A DNA stretch of 64,000 nucleotides from an uncultured Gammaproteobacteria bacterium (GTDB lineage Bacteria; Patescibacteriota; Patescibacteriia; UBA10025; JAHIVO01). The stretch covers positions 2,560 through 66,559 of the forward strand of contig CAZQBL010000016.1 in NCBI GenBank assembly GCA_964592105.1. The letters are read 5' to 3'. Each line of letters opens with the position of its first letter. Position 1 is the first letter of the stretch. The position numbers and the translations under genes are program-made. The notes under the pieces were generated by a model. It ran no database searches. It was not told where the DNA came from and saw only the letters and a program-made list of their open reading frames with translations. Of this stretch, positions 37,979-47,250 are shown in pieces.

Positions 37979-38542
37979 TTATTGAAGTTTCAGTAAGCGA
38001 CTAATGGAATCGGTAAATGTTTCGTTTTCTTTTTCCGTATCTTCTTTTAAATACTCAAGCAATATTTTTCTAACGGTGAGGGGGTTTTGGTCGCCGAGCA
38101 GAATAGTGAGAGAGGGTCGCAATCCCGTTTTGAAATCGAAATACAGGTTTTTTACTTCCGGTGGTTCATAGACAATCCAAAAACTTTTTAGTTGTTTCCA
38201 TTCGTAAAACATTTCCGTCCCGATGGCGATACCATCCTCGGTGATGCTAAAAGTCAGTCTGGCCGGCTTTCGGCGTGAGCGCATGATGTAAATAACCACG
38301 AAAATCATGATTAAAACCACGAACAGATAATTGTTGCTGGTAAAGCCAAAAATTAATAATCCGGCTAATATTACCAGCGCGGTAATGTACCAAGTTTTGG
38401 ACCTTTGGTATTCCCTGAATTCCGGGAAATCCCAAGAGGCTAAAATTTTCCCATGGTCTTCTGGTTGTTCTTTGGCTTGTTCCTCCATATTATTATTGTA
38501 AATAATTAATAAGTTTTTTGAAGCGGAGAGAGAGTGATTCAC
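37979..38542 (-). CDS. membrane protein with two TM helices and a probable bacterial PH-like (YdbS/YdbT-type) domain
   Basis: The TM hairpin (ITALVILAGLLIFGF...LFVVLIMIFVVIYIM) is followed by a ~100-aa soluble domain in the YdbS-like arrangement. The call rests on architecture only. Confidence 0.4.
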   Translation of the reverse strand: MNHSLSASKNLLIIYNNNMEEQAKEQPEDHGKILASWDFPEFREYQRSKTWYITALVILAGLLIFGFTSNNYLFVVLIMIFVVIYIMRSRRKPARLTFSITEDGIAIGTEMFYEWKQLKSFWIVYEPPEVKNLYFDFKTGLRPSLTILLGDQNPLTVRKILLEYLKEDTEKENETFTDSISRLLKLQ

Positions 38543-38657
38543 TCTATCATTAGATGAGGCGTCTCGTGTTTATCGGGGGGCGAGCCTGCAAGACCATCAT
38601 TGGTCTTATGGTTTTATCTCTTCTACATCTTTTTAAATTGGGACGGGGTCCTGCGCA

Positions 38658-38747
38658 TGGCGGTGGGAGCAGGATTCGAACCTGCGGTTCCCTTGCAGGA
38701 ACTCTGGTTTTCAAGACCAGCTCGTTAAACCGCTCCGACATCCCACC
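38658..38747 (-). tRNA. tRNA-Ser(TGA)
   Basis: Reverse complement GGTGGGATGTCGGAGCGGTTTAACGAGCTGGTCTTGAAAACCAGAG-long variable arm-GCAGGTTCGAATCCTGCTCCCACCGCCA. The anticodon loop is CTTGAAA and the extra arm is long. The 3' CCA is encoded. Confidence 0.85.
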
Positions 38748-38962
38748 GCCATTGGCGGGACAAGGCCGTTCCCTTCAACCACCGTGGCACTCCGCTTTGA
38801 TATCTGTTTTAACGGCTCGGTATGCCTCCATTTAATTTTGAATTCGGAAGGGGCGAGATTAGGCTTCGGCTTTCGCTGTCTTTCGCCATTCCCACCAACC
38901 TCATTCCGTTCGGGACTGGATCTCCGTCTGCGCTCCGATCGACTCTCAAATGAATTTTAGTT

Positions 38963-39053
38963 CGGAAGGGGCGAGATTCGAACTCGCGAAAGGGTTTTAA
39001 GGCCCTTTAACGGTTTAGCAAACCGCTGCCTTCAGCCACTCGGCCACCCTTCC
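38963..39053 (-). tRNA. tRNA-Ser(GCT)
   Basis: Reverse complement GGAAGGGTGGCCGAGTGGCTGAAGGCAGCGGTTTGCTAAACCGT-long variable arm-GCGAGTTCGAATCTCGCCCCTTCCG. The anticodon loop is TTGCTAA. CCA is not encoded. Confidence 0.85.
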
Positions 39054-39067
39054 GAACTAAAATTATT

Positions 39068-39826
39068 TTAGCCGCCTCGGGCGATGACGAGACCCCAGAC
39101 CTGCCGGCAACCGGCTTGTTTTAAAACTTTTGCACATTCATTCAAAGTAGAAAGCGTGGTGGCGACATCGTCGATAATTATAACATTTTTTCCGGAAACA
39201 TTAAAGTTATTGTTAAATGAGAAAGCACTGGATATATTCGCGCTTCTTTCGTTTTTTGTCAATTGCGCTTGTGGTGCGGTATATCGTTTTCGATAAATTA
39301 GGCCGGCTTGGTACGGTATTTCAAATTGCCCGGAGATATTCAAGCTCAATAGTTCTGCTTGGTTGAAGCCCCGTTCTAAAAGTCGTTTTTTATGTAAAGG
39401 GACGGCTGTCAGTAAAATTTTTGAGTAATAGGCATTAAGTATGGCCGGTTGGAAATGTCTGTCAAACAGTATGATAAATTTATTGACAAGTCCGCCAAGA
39501 CAGTCGGCCAAGTCAGGGACTAAGCTGTACTTAAGCGTTTGGATGGCGGACTGAACGATTTTCTGGTCATAACTGGTAGCCACCAGCAGACCGTCTAAGG
39601 ATATTTTTTTGGAACACTTTTGACAGACAGCGCCCCGAGTATTTTCTTGGCATAAGGGGCACTTTAAGTCAGTATTGATGGGAATATCGTTAAGGCAATC
39701 ATAACACAGCCATTCTCCTTCCCGACCGCAATTCAAACAGCTAATAGGGAAAACATTATCCAATATCAAACTTTTTAATTTTTTAAGTATGTTCATCGTG
39801 GTTAAAAAAATACCTTCTCTCCCCAC
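39068..39826 (-). CDS. comFC: ComF-family competence protein (phosphoribosyltransferase domain)
   Basis: N-terminal double Cys fingers (CLNCGREGEWLCYDCL...CPLCQ...CQKC) and the C-terminal PRTase motif GKNVIIIDDVATTLSTL. Confidence 0.75.
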   Translation of the reverse strand: MGREGIFLTTMNILKKLKSLILDNVFPISCLNCGREGEWLCYDCLNDIPINTDLKCPLCQENTRGAVCQKCSKKISLDGLLVATSYDQKIVQSAIQTLKYSLVPDLADCLGGLVNKFIILFDRHFQPAILNAYYSKILLTAVPLHKKRLLERGFNQAELLSLNISGQFEIPYQAGLIYRKRYTAPQAQLTKNERSANISSAFSFNNNFNVSGKNVIIIDDVATTLSTLNECAKVLKQAGCRQVWGLVIARGG

Positions 39827-39948
39827 CTTTCTTCATGTAAGTAGTGCTCACCGGAGATTAATCTCTCGTAAATAAGCACAAATCAATAAGGCATTGATTA
39901 CACAAGACGAAAGGTAAGGCAGGGAAGGTATTTATTATCTAAATTTTT

Positions 39949-42453
39949 TTAATTCAGAACAATTGTTTCTTTTTTAACCCTTACTTTGATGGTATCGCCG
40001 AGCCTAAATTTATTGTTCAGTAAGCTGGAAGCGATATTACTTTCGATCATTTCCTGAATGTTGCGACGCACGGCCCTGGCGCCTTGATCTGGTAGATAGC
40101 TTTGGTCAGTAATAAACTTGACTACGTCTTTACTCACGTCCAGTTTCAATTTCTGCTCGGCTAATTTACGCTCCAGTTCTTTGAGTTGTTTCTCGACAAT
40201 TTTATAGATTACGGTGCGATCCAGCGGTTTGTAAACTATGATTTTATCAATTCTATTCAGAAGTTCCGGCTTGAATTTCTGCCGTAAGTCTTTTAGTACC
40301 TGCTGTTTGATCTCTTCGTATTTTTGATCGGCGGCCAGTTTATCTTCCTCGGTCTTGGCCTCAAAGCCGATATTGGCGCCTTTATTGAGGTTTTGAAGGC
40401 CGATGTTGGAAGTCATGATGATTATAGTATTTTTAAAATTAACCTTTTTGCCGGAGGCATCAGTCAAATGGCCGTCTTCCAATATTTGTAAGAGAAGGTT
40501 GAACACTTCCGGATGGGCTTTTTCAATTTCATCGAATAGTACGACTGAATACGGTTTACGCCTGACCGGTTCGGTTAGTTTGCTGCCCTCTTTGTAACCC
40601 ACATAACCGGCCGGAGCGCCGATTAGTTTGGAGACGTTGAAACCTTCGGCAAACTCAGACATGTCGATGCGGATGAGTGCCCGTTCATCTTCATAGACAC
40701 TTTTGGCCAGTACTTTGGCGGTCTCTGTTTTGCCCACGCCCGAGGGGCCCAGGAAAATAAACGAAGCAATTGGCCGGTTGGGGTCAGCCAGTCCCACGCG
40801 GGAGCGACGGATATAGTCGGCGATTACTTTCATAGCCTCATCCTGGCCGATGATTTTTTCGGCCAGCAGCTCTTCTAAGTGCAACAATCTTTCTCTTTCC
40901 TCGACCACCAGATCCTGCAGGGGTACTTTGGTGATTCTGGAAACAACCTCGGCAATGTCCTTTTTTGTAATTTTGCCGATGAATTTCTTGGCCGACTGCT
41001 CCTGTTTTTGGCGCAAAACCATCAGGTGTTCCCGAAGCTTTTTTTCCTGAGATTTTATTTCCAAAGCTTTGTCAAATTGTTCTTTGTTGACCAACTCCTC
41101 TTTAATTTTTTGGAATTTTTCAATTTCTTTTTCCGTCTGATGAATTTCTTTGAGCAGCCCCTCGCCTTTTTGACTGATTTTGATTTTGGAAGCGGCTTCG
41201 TCAATTAAGTCAATGGCTTTGTCGGGCAGAAATTTATCCTGGAGATAGCGGGTGCTTAGATTGACGGCCGCTTCAATGGCTTCATCCGTGATATGAACTA
41301 AATGGTATTTTTCGTAATTTTCCTTGATACCCTGGAGAACTTCCTTGGTTTCTTCGGGGGAAGCCTCCTCGACGATTATCGGTTGGAAACGCCGTTCTAA
41401 AGCGGCGTCTGATTCTATATATTTTCGGTACTCGTCCAAGGTGGTGGCGCCGATGGTTCTGATTTCTCCTTTGGCCAAAGCCGGTTTTAAAATATTGGCG
41501 GCGTCCATAGAGCCGGCCGCCGAGCCGGTGCCGACAACGGTATGGAGCTCGTCAATAAAAAGCACGATGTTGGGGTCTTTTTTTATTTCATCGAGAATCT
41601 GTTTCAAACGCCCTTCAAATTCGCCGCGGTAGATGGTGCCAGCCACGACCAGACCCAGATCCAACTTCAGTATTTTTTTGTCCAGTAGGGCGTCCGGTAC
41701 CTCGCCGCTGATTATTTTTTTGGCCAGACCTTCAACAATGGCGGTCTTACCCACACCCGGATCGCCGATTAGTACCGGATTGTTTTTGGTTCGACGGGAG
41801 AGTATATGGATGAGTCGTTCGATTTCATTTTTTCGGCCGATAACCGGATCAATACTTTTTTGCAACTTGTGGTCGGTCAAATCGGTGGTAAAGAAATCCA
41901 AGGCCGGGTTTTTTGATTCACCTTTTGATTTTTCTTCTTTTTCCGATTCTTTGGCCTGTTCAAAAATTTGGGTGAGGTCCGGAAAGCGGGAGGTGCTGCG
42001 CATGACCGTGTCTAGGTGCGTTTTTAGTTTGTTCAGATTAATGCGATTGTTCTCCCAAAGCTCAATCATGGTGGGTGTATTTACTTCCATCAGGGCGTAG
42101 AGTAAATGCTCGGTACCCACGTATTTATGAGAATAGCGACTGGCCAGTAGGGCTGATTTTTCTATGACTTTTTTGGTGGCCTCGGACAAAACGACCGCTC
42201 CATTATTCTTCACGGGTTCGGCCGTCGGCAAGGCTGTTTTATTTTTCTGAATAACCAAACTGCGAATACGTTCGGCATTCAAACCCATTTTGGTGAGTAT
42301 TTCCGCGGCGATACTGCCACGCTGGAGCATCAGCCCGTAAATCAAATGTTCAGGGTTGACCCCGGTATGGCCAAGGCTTGCGGTCAACTCCCGAGCTTTT
42401 TTTAGAGCGTTTTTTAGATGAGTGGAAAATTTATCTAGAATTTTATTATTCAT
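39949..42453 (-). CDS. Clp/Hsp100 AAA+ chaperone, ClpC/ClpB family
   Basis: A Clp-N repeat domain; two AAA modules with Walker [18 protein letters not shown] and [17 protein letters not shown]; a short coiled-coil middle domain. The 834-aa length fits ClpC better than ClpB. Confidence 0.9.
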   Translation of the reverse strand: MNNKILDKFSTHLKNALKKARELTASLGHTGVNPEHLIYGLMLQRGSIAAEILTKMGLNAERIRSLVIQKNKTALPTAEPVKNNGAVVLSEATKKVIEKSALLASRYSHKYVGTEHLLYALMEVNTPTMIELWENNRINLNKLKTHLDTVMRSTSRFPDLTQIFEQAKESEKEEKSKGESKNPALDFFTTDLTDHKLQKSIDPVIGRKNEIERLIHILSRRTKNNPVLIGDPGVGKTAIVEGLAKKIISGEVPDALLDKKILKLDLGLVVAGTIYRGEFEGRLKQILDEIKKDPNIVLFIDELHTVVGTGSAAGSMDAANILKPALAKGEIRTIGATTLDEYRKYIESDAALERRFQPIIVEEASPEETKEVLQGIKENYEKYHLVHITDEAIEAAVNLSTRYLQDKFLPDKAIDLIDEAASKIKISQKGEGLLKEIHQTEKEIEKFQKIKEELVNKEQFDKALEIKSQEKKLREHLMVLRQKQEQSAKKFIGKITKKDIAEVVSRITKVPLQDLVVEERERLLHLEELLAEKIIGQDEAMKVIADYIRRSRVGLADPNRPIASFIFLGPSGVGKTETAKVLAKSVYEDERALIRIDMSEFAEGFNVSKLIGAPAGYVGYKEGSKLTEPVRRKPYSVVLFDEIEKAHPEVFNLLLQILEDGHLTDASGKKVNFKNTIIIMTSNIGLQNLNKGANIGFEAKTEEDKLAADQKYEEIKQQVLKDLRQKFKPELLNRIDKIIVYKPLDRTVIYKIVEKQLKELERKLAEQKLKLDVSKDVVKFITDQSYLPDQGARAVRRNIQEMIESNIASSLLNNKFRLGDTIKVRVKKETIVLN

Positions 42454-42592
42454 AATTTAATAAAAAGGTTATTTTAGGTTATTTTATGTGTAAAGTATAT
42501 TATACTAACCAGACATTATCAAGTCAATTCAGAAAGACTTCAAAAGGCCTAACCATACTTTGGTCGGCTGGGTAAGCTGTATTGATAATAGT

Positions 42593-42730
42593 TTATATGT
42601 TGGTCAGTGCCAAAACGATGGTCGCCAAGGCGACGAAGCCGGCAAAGATCATGATTCCGACGGTGATTTTGGTCGAGGTGGCCGTTTTGGTGGCCACTTC
42701 ACTTGCCAGAGCAGGTTTATCGTTATTCAT
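42593..42730 (-). CDS. small (45 aa) single-TM protein downstream of htpX, not in ORF track
   Basis: Manual translation gives MNNDKPALASEVATKTATSTKITVGIMIFAGFVALATIVLALTNI. The ATG lies 6 nt after the htpX stop on the same strand. The C-terminal hydrophobic helix is clean. Confidence 0.3.
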   Translation of the reverse strand: MNNDKPALASEVATKTATSTKITVGIMIFAGFVALATIVLALTNI

Positions 42731-42736
42731 AATTAT

Positions 42737-43633
42737 TTAATTATTGATCGAACCCATCTGGCGTAAGGCGGCTATGCGTTTGTCAATAGGTGGATGAGTA
42801 GAAAAGAGGTTACTAAGGCCGCCAGCCATCGGGTTGGCGATGTAGAGATGCGCGGTTGAGTGCGTAGCCCGTTCGATGCGCGCGCCTTGGTTTTTAATTT
42901 TTTCTAAAGCCGAGGCCAGGCCTTCGGGATAACGGGTGAGCAAGGCGCCAGTAGCATCGGCCAGATATTCCCGTTTGCGCGATACGGCCAGACGGATGAG
43001 CTGGGCGATGATTGGCGACAGTATCAATAATAACAGCCCGACTAGAAAAAAAATGTTCCCGCCTGGGTCACGGTTATCGCGTCGGCCTCCGATAAATCTG
43101 GTGCGCCAGAAAATATCCGAAAGCATCATGATGGTTCCAACTAAAACAATCACCAGAGTCATATAGCGAATATCATAGTTGCCGATGTGCGACATTTCAT
43201 GGGCAATGACTCCTTCTAGCTCCTCGTTGGTCAATTTGGCGATCGCACCTTGAGTTACGGCAATTGAGGAGTGTTTTGGATCACGGCCGGTAGCAAAAGC
43301 GTTGATGTCTTCGTCGGGAATGATATAGACCCTAGGCATAGGCAGACCGGCGGTGATGGCTAAATTTTCCACCAGGCGCACTACATAGGGGTTTTGTTCT
43401 TTGGTAACAGGTTGGGCGCCTGAAGTCCAGAGGGCTATTTTATCGCCAGAGTAATAGCCAACCAGCGCAATTATCAAGGCGTATAGAAAGGCAATGATAA
43501 TCCAGAAATAACCGCCTGTGCCTTCAATCTGATCAATGGCGTAACCAAGGCTGATAAGGACAGCAAAACAAACAACCATTAGTATTATTGACCTGCGTTT
43601 GTTTGAGGCTATATGTGTGTAGATGGTGGGCAT
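42737..43633 (-). CDS. htpX: membrane zinc metalloprotease HtpX (M48 family)
   Basis: The HEXXH motif VIAHEMSHIGNYD, N-terminal TM helices and the downstream Glu-containing segment typical of M48. Confidence 0.9.
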   Translation of the reverse strand: MPTIYTHIASNKRRSIILMVVCFAVLISLGYAIDQIEGTGGYFWIIIAFLYALIIALVGYYSGDKIALWTSGAQPVTKEQNPYVVRLVENLAITAGLPMPRVYIIPDEDINAFATGRDPKHSSIAVTQGAIAKLTNEELEGVIAHEMSHIGNYDIRYMTLVIVLVGTIMMLSDIFWRTRFIGGRRDNRDPGGNIFFLVGLLLLILSPIIAQLIRLAVSRKREYLADATGALLTRYPEGLASALEKIKNQGARIERATHSTAHLYIANPMAGGLSNLFSTHPPIDKRIAALRQMGSINN

Positions 43634-43767
43634 AGATGGCCGTGAACTTTGGGTCCCAAGCTTTGAGCCGGAGAGGCTTACAACTTGGGCCCGTAAAACA
43701 TGGGCTGGATTTTTTATCCTCTTAGTTTTCTACAGAAAGCTGTTAATTGTTTTTCTAAACCTTGTTA

Positions 43768-44325
43768 CTAAAAGCTAACCTTCACCGGTTCTTTGGCTGC
43801 TTCTTCCTCAAGCTCAAAAAACTCACGTTTGCTGAACTTAAACATTGAGGCGACGATGTTGGAAGGAAAACTTTCGATTTTGATGTTGAAGTCGCGGACG
43901 TTGCCGTTATAAAATCTTCTGGCGGCCTGAATTTTGTTCTCGGTGTCTGATAATTCATCCTGCAATTTCAGAAAATTTTCATTAGCTTTTAATTCCGGAT
44001 AATTTTCGGCGATAGCGAATAAACTTTTTAGCGTGCCGGAAAGCATATTTTCTGCTTTGCCCTTTTCTTCAATACCTTGAGCGCCCATGGCTGCGGCGCG
44101 AGCTTGAGTTACTTTTTCAAAAAGTTCGCGCTCGTGTTTGGCGTAGCCCTTGACTGACTCCACCAAATTAGGAATGAGGTCATAGCGGCGTTTTAATTGA
44201 ACATCGATGTCTGACCAGGCTTCGTCCGTTTGGTTGCGCAGGCGGATCAGAGCGTTATAAACTGCTATGAACCAAAAAATTACGGCAGCGAGAGCGATGA
44301 TGATAATCCACAAGATTGGAGACAT
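43768..44325 (-). CDS. lemA: LemA family protein
   Basis: The N-terminal TM plus [42 protein letters not shown], the canonical LemA signature. Confidence 0.9.
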   Translation of the reverse strand: MSPILWIIIIALAAVIFWFIAVYNALIRLRNQTDEAWSDIDVQLKRRYDLIPNLVESVKGYAKHERELFEKVTQARAAAMGAQGIEEKGKAENMLSGTLKSLFAIAENYPELKANENFLKLQDELSDTENKIQAARRFYNGNVRDFNIKIESFPSNIVASMFKFSKREFFELEEEAAKEPVKVSF

Positions 44326-44355
44326 ATAAGTTTTTCCTTTCTTATTAATTATAAA

Positions 44356-44883
44356 TTACGTACCCGGAGAAATTAGCAAATTTATAGTGCTGGCCAACAA
44401 TTCAGTCTCAGTCACAGATTCGTTTTCGGTTTGCACGATAATTTGATCACCATTTTTAAATTCGCTTAGTGAAATATTCTGTTTGTAATCGCCAGTGTTG
44501 CCCGGCGTGGGCGCTTGGGACAGATCGAGTTTTAAAAGTTGGGTGTTGGCATTGATTACCGCGGCGATTTCTTTGACTTGAGAAGCGCCATTTGCCTGTT
44601 TGACCTGCGTGGAAAAGTATATTTTATCATTTTCCACCCTGGTGACTCGTCCGTTGTAGCTTACGGTATTAGCGCCTTTGATCCGGTTATTACGTGCCGC
44701 GACTTCTTTTACGGAGATTATCGGAACTATGTTTTTGCCAGAACCCTGTCCGTTTTTTTTGCCGTAGAAATATCCGACCAAGCCAATTACGAGCAGAACA
44801 ATAATAATAACAGAAGAGGCGACGTAAGCGGTTTTAATTTTCTGGTGGGCGTCAGAGTTTTGATTATTTTTTTTACTTGACAT
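44356..44883 (-). CDS. membrane-anchored hypothetical protein
   Basis: An N-terminal TM (VASSVIIIVLLVIGLVGYFY) followed by a polar domain. It lies upstream of lemA and htpX on the same strand. Confidence 0.4.
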   Translation of the reverse strand: MSSKKNNQNSDAHQKIKTAYVASSVIIIVLLVIGLVGYFYGKKNGQGSGKNIVPIISVKEVAARNNRIKGANTVSYNGRVTRVENDKIYFSTQVKQANGASQVKEIAAVINANTQLLKLDLSQAPTPGNTGDYKQNISLSEFKNGDQIIVQTENESVTETELLASTINLLISPGT

Positions 44884-45025
44884 AAGGTCAAATAATGTGT
44901 TAAAATAAGAATACTATTTTTTGATTTTTTGGGTCATTTACCTTTTTAATTATCAAGAAAATATTTTAATTTGTCAACCTTGGTTTTTTCCTTAATTTTT
45001 TTACCTGGCTTTAGTCAAGATTATT

Positions 45026-47104
45026 ATGGAGGAAACGCGAAAAAATACAAAAAAATTTGAATGGCAATCTACAAAATGGGCTTATTATAGCCTGTTTTTT
45101 AGTTTGCTGATGATTTTGGTATTGGGAGACGGTCAAAAAGTGTTGGCGGCCTTTACCGAACCGACTAATCAACCTCCAGAGGAAAATATGCCAGGATTTC
45201 TGAATGTTAGTGGAGAAAATCAAGCCAAAAGCGGAAAGTTACGCTTGGGCAGCAGCGATAAGACCAATATCAATTTTCAACTGGAAGTTACCGGCGAAGG
45301 CGCGAAGATAAGCAATTCAGTTATAGATGAAGACTTGACCGTAAATAAAGGTACTCTGTACGTTGATTCATTGAACAATCGAGTTGGTATCGGCACGTTA
45401 GTTCCCACAGATAAGTTGACGGTACAGGGCAACGCATATATCGACGCTGCTGGTCTTGGGGTTGGCTTGGCGGCCTGGTCTGACAGCACTGATCAGCATA
45501 CCCTTTATGGATCTACGGCAAATACTAACTACGCTGGTGTGGCTGGAGTCGGGACATCAGCAGGTAACTACGGAGTTTATGGTTATAATTTTTCCGGGAC
45601 GGCCGTACGCGGCGAAAATACTTCAAATCAGATAAGCGCCATTTATGGCTATGCTGTTGACGGCCGGGCAATTTATGGTCATAACATAAATCCATATGGT
45701 TTGTGGGCTGGATATTTTTCCGGCCGTCTGGAAACTAATAAAGACTTAAGTGGCGCAAAATTTTTGGCTACTAGTTTGCAAGCTTCAGTTATACCTTTTA
45801 CTTCCGGTCAGATAACCCGGGAATATAATTATGGTGATCCGGTGCCATATGACGGTGCGCCGGCCATAAAATATTTCGACGGCACTTATCTTTGGGGTTT
45901 TCGCGGTTCCTATGTACATAAAATCAGGGCGTCCGACGGATTTAGAATTGCCGCATTCAACGTTGGTAATTTTCCCACCGGACTCGCCTATGATGGAAAA
46001 AACATCTGGGTGACAGTTGGTGGAGAGGCACTAAGTACGGTATCGAAGATTGATCCCAACAGTGGTTCGGTTTTGTGCAGTTACAACACGTTGACCAATG
46101 CCAGGGGCGTGTCTTTTGATGGCCGTAATTACTGGGTTTTGGACAGGATTTCTAGCAGGGCCGGAAAAATTATAAAAATCGACAGTACTTGCGCCAGGAC
46201 AGGAGAAATTTCTTTAACCACCACCACCGACGTAGATGTCGTAGATGGTCAGATTATTTTTAATGGTAGCTATCTCTGGGTTATTGGTAAGGACAGCGCC
46301 GGCAATGGCATTGTTTTTAATATCAATCCTTCAAACGGAAAAGCCATGGCCTGGTCAGACTTGGTTGGGCTCGACCCCCGGCAGATTTTTTATGACAATT
46401 ATTACTATTGGGTGACCAACTACGGTAGTGGTACTCTCACCAAATTCGTACTGACAGACAAAATTTGTACTATGCCGGATTTTGATCCGAACAACCTGCA
46501 ATATTGTTCGGTTGATTCTGATTGCGATTCAGCGCTTGGCATTGGCGACGGTGCCTGTTTCGCTCTGCCCGTTGAATATGAGTCTTATAACCTCGGAGCC
46601 GGGAGTCAGCCGCGCGAAATTATTTTTGATGGAACATATCTCTGGTTGGGCACCCAGTTCGGCGTTTTACGTTTGATGACAGCCGATCCCACCGTGGGCG
46701 CGGCAGCATTTGACACGCTGAATTTTCAGCCCAGCGGGTTAGTTTTTGACGGAACTTATGTTTGGTCTTCGGCCGGCTCGGTTTTGAAAAAAGTTTATAG
46801 CGGTACTGGGTACGGCCTCACAGATCTAGGAGGAGCGCTGACTCTTCAGAATAATAACCAGTTAATTCAGCAAACCGGAGATATAAATGTTAACGGCTCG
46901 GCTATTGTCGGAACCAACGCCATGGCTGATGAATTGGATGTTAGTGAAAATACTTGGGGCGAAGAAGTCGCCGGTGACGTCAGCGAAAACGACGGCGATG
47001 CTTTGGATCAGGGTACTTATTCTTGTCCGAATGGACATTTCGTGAAAAATGTTGTAACCAACGGGTCGGGTGAAGTAATACGTATAGAGTGCCGACCGTT
47101 GTAA
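45026..47104 (+). CDS. secreted beta-propeller repeat protein, paralog A of a three-gene tandem family
   Basis: A signal peptide ends VLAA/FTEP. A Gly/Tyr-rich segment (GVYGYNFSG...) follows. Seven repeats of the F(D/N)G.Y.W type are present: YFDGTYLW, YDGKNIWV, SFDGRNYWV, IFNGSYLWV, YYWVTNYGSG, IFDGTYLWL, VFDGTYVW. The C-terminal tail is SCPNGHFVKNV...IRIECRPL. Confidence 0.7.
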   Translation: MEETRKNTKKFEWQSTKWAYYSLFFSLLMILVLGDGQKVLAAFTEPTNQPPEENMPGFLNVSGENQAKSGKLRLGSSDKTNINFQLEVTGEGAKISNSVIDEDLTVNKGTLYVDSLNNRVGIGTLVPTDKLTVQGNAYIDAAGLGVGLAAWSDSTDQHTLYGSTANTNYAGVAGVGTSAGNYGVYGYNFSGTAVRGENTSNQISAIYGYAVDGRAIYGHNINPYGLWAGYFSGRLETNKDLSGAKFLATSLQASVIPFTSGQITREYNYGDPVPYDGAPAIKYFDGTYLWGFRGSYVHKIRASDGFRIAAFNVGNFPTGLAYDGKNIWVTVGGEALSTVSKIDPNSGSVLCSYNTLTNARGVSFDGRNYWVLDRISSRAGKIIKIDSTCARTGEISLTTTTDVDVVDGQIIFNGSYLWVIGKDSAGNGIVFNINPSNGKAMAWSDLVGLDPRQIFYDNYYYWVTNYGSGTLTKFVLTDKICTMPDFDPNNLQYCSVDSDCDSALGIGDGACFALPVEYESYNLGAGSQPREIIFDGTYLWLGTQFGVLRLMTADPTVGAAAFDTLNFQPSGLVFDGTYVWSSAGSVLKKVYSGTGYGLTDLGGALTLQNNNQLIQQTGDINVNGSAIVGTNAMADELDVSENTWGEEVAGDVSENDGDALDQGTYSCPNGHFVKNVVTNGSGEVIRIECRPL

Positions 47105-47250
47105 TAATAAGTAATTTGTAATTGGCAGTTTTTGGGAAACTATTGAAAAGTTTAAAGAAGCGTAAGTGTCGGCCAAGCGATGAAGCAAAGAAGTAGAAAA
47201 AGAAAATTATTGCAAAATAAATTTACAACCACTTCAGTACTAAAAACGTT

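Noticed and set aside
38550-38835. ORFs 38550-38741 (-) and 38554-38835 (+).
   Set aside because: They overlap the tRNA-Ser(TGA) gene and tRNA intergenic sequence. Their translations are Arg/Gly/Pro-rich with no motif.
38748-38962. Structured ncRNA (SRP RNA, 6S or tmRNA) in the 215-bp spacer between the two tRNA-Ser genes.
   Set aside because: I could not find the conserved SRP domain IV (GGAAG...AGCAGCC) or a tmRNA tRNA-like end on either strand. The tRNA 3'-end partial repeat explains it better.
42454-42593. Possible CtsR operator upstream of clpC (AGTCAATTCAGAAAGACTTCAAAA).
   Set aside because: It is only a loose resemblance to the GGTCAAA-NAN-GGTCAAA heptad repeat, with multiple mismatches. 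No ctsR gene is visible.
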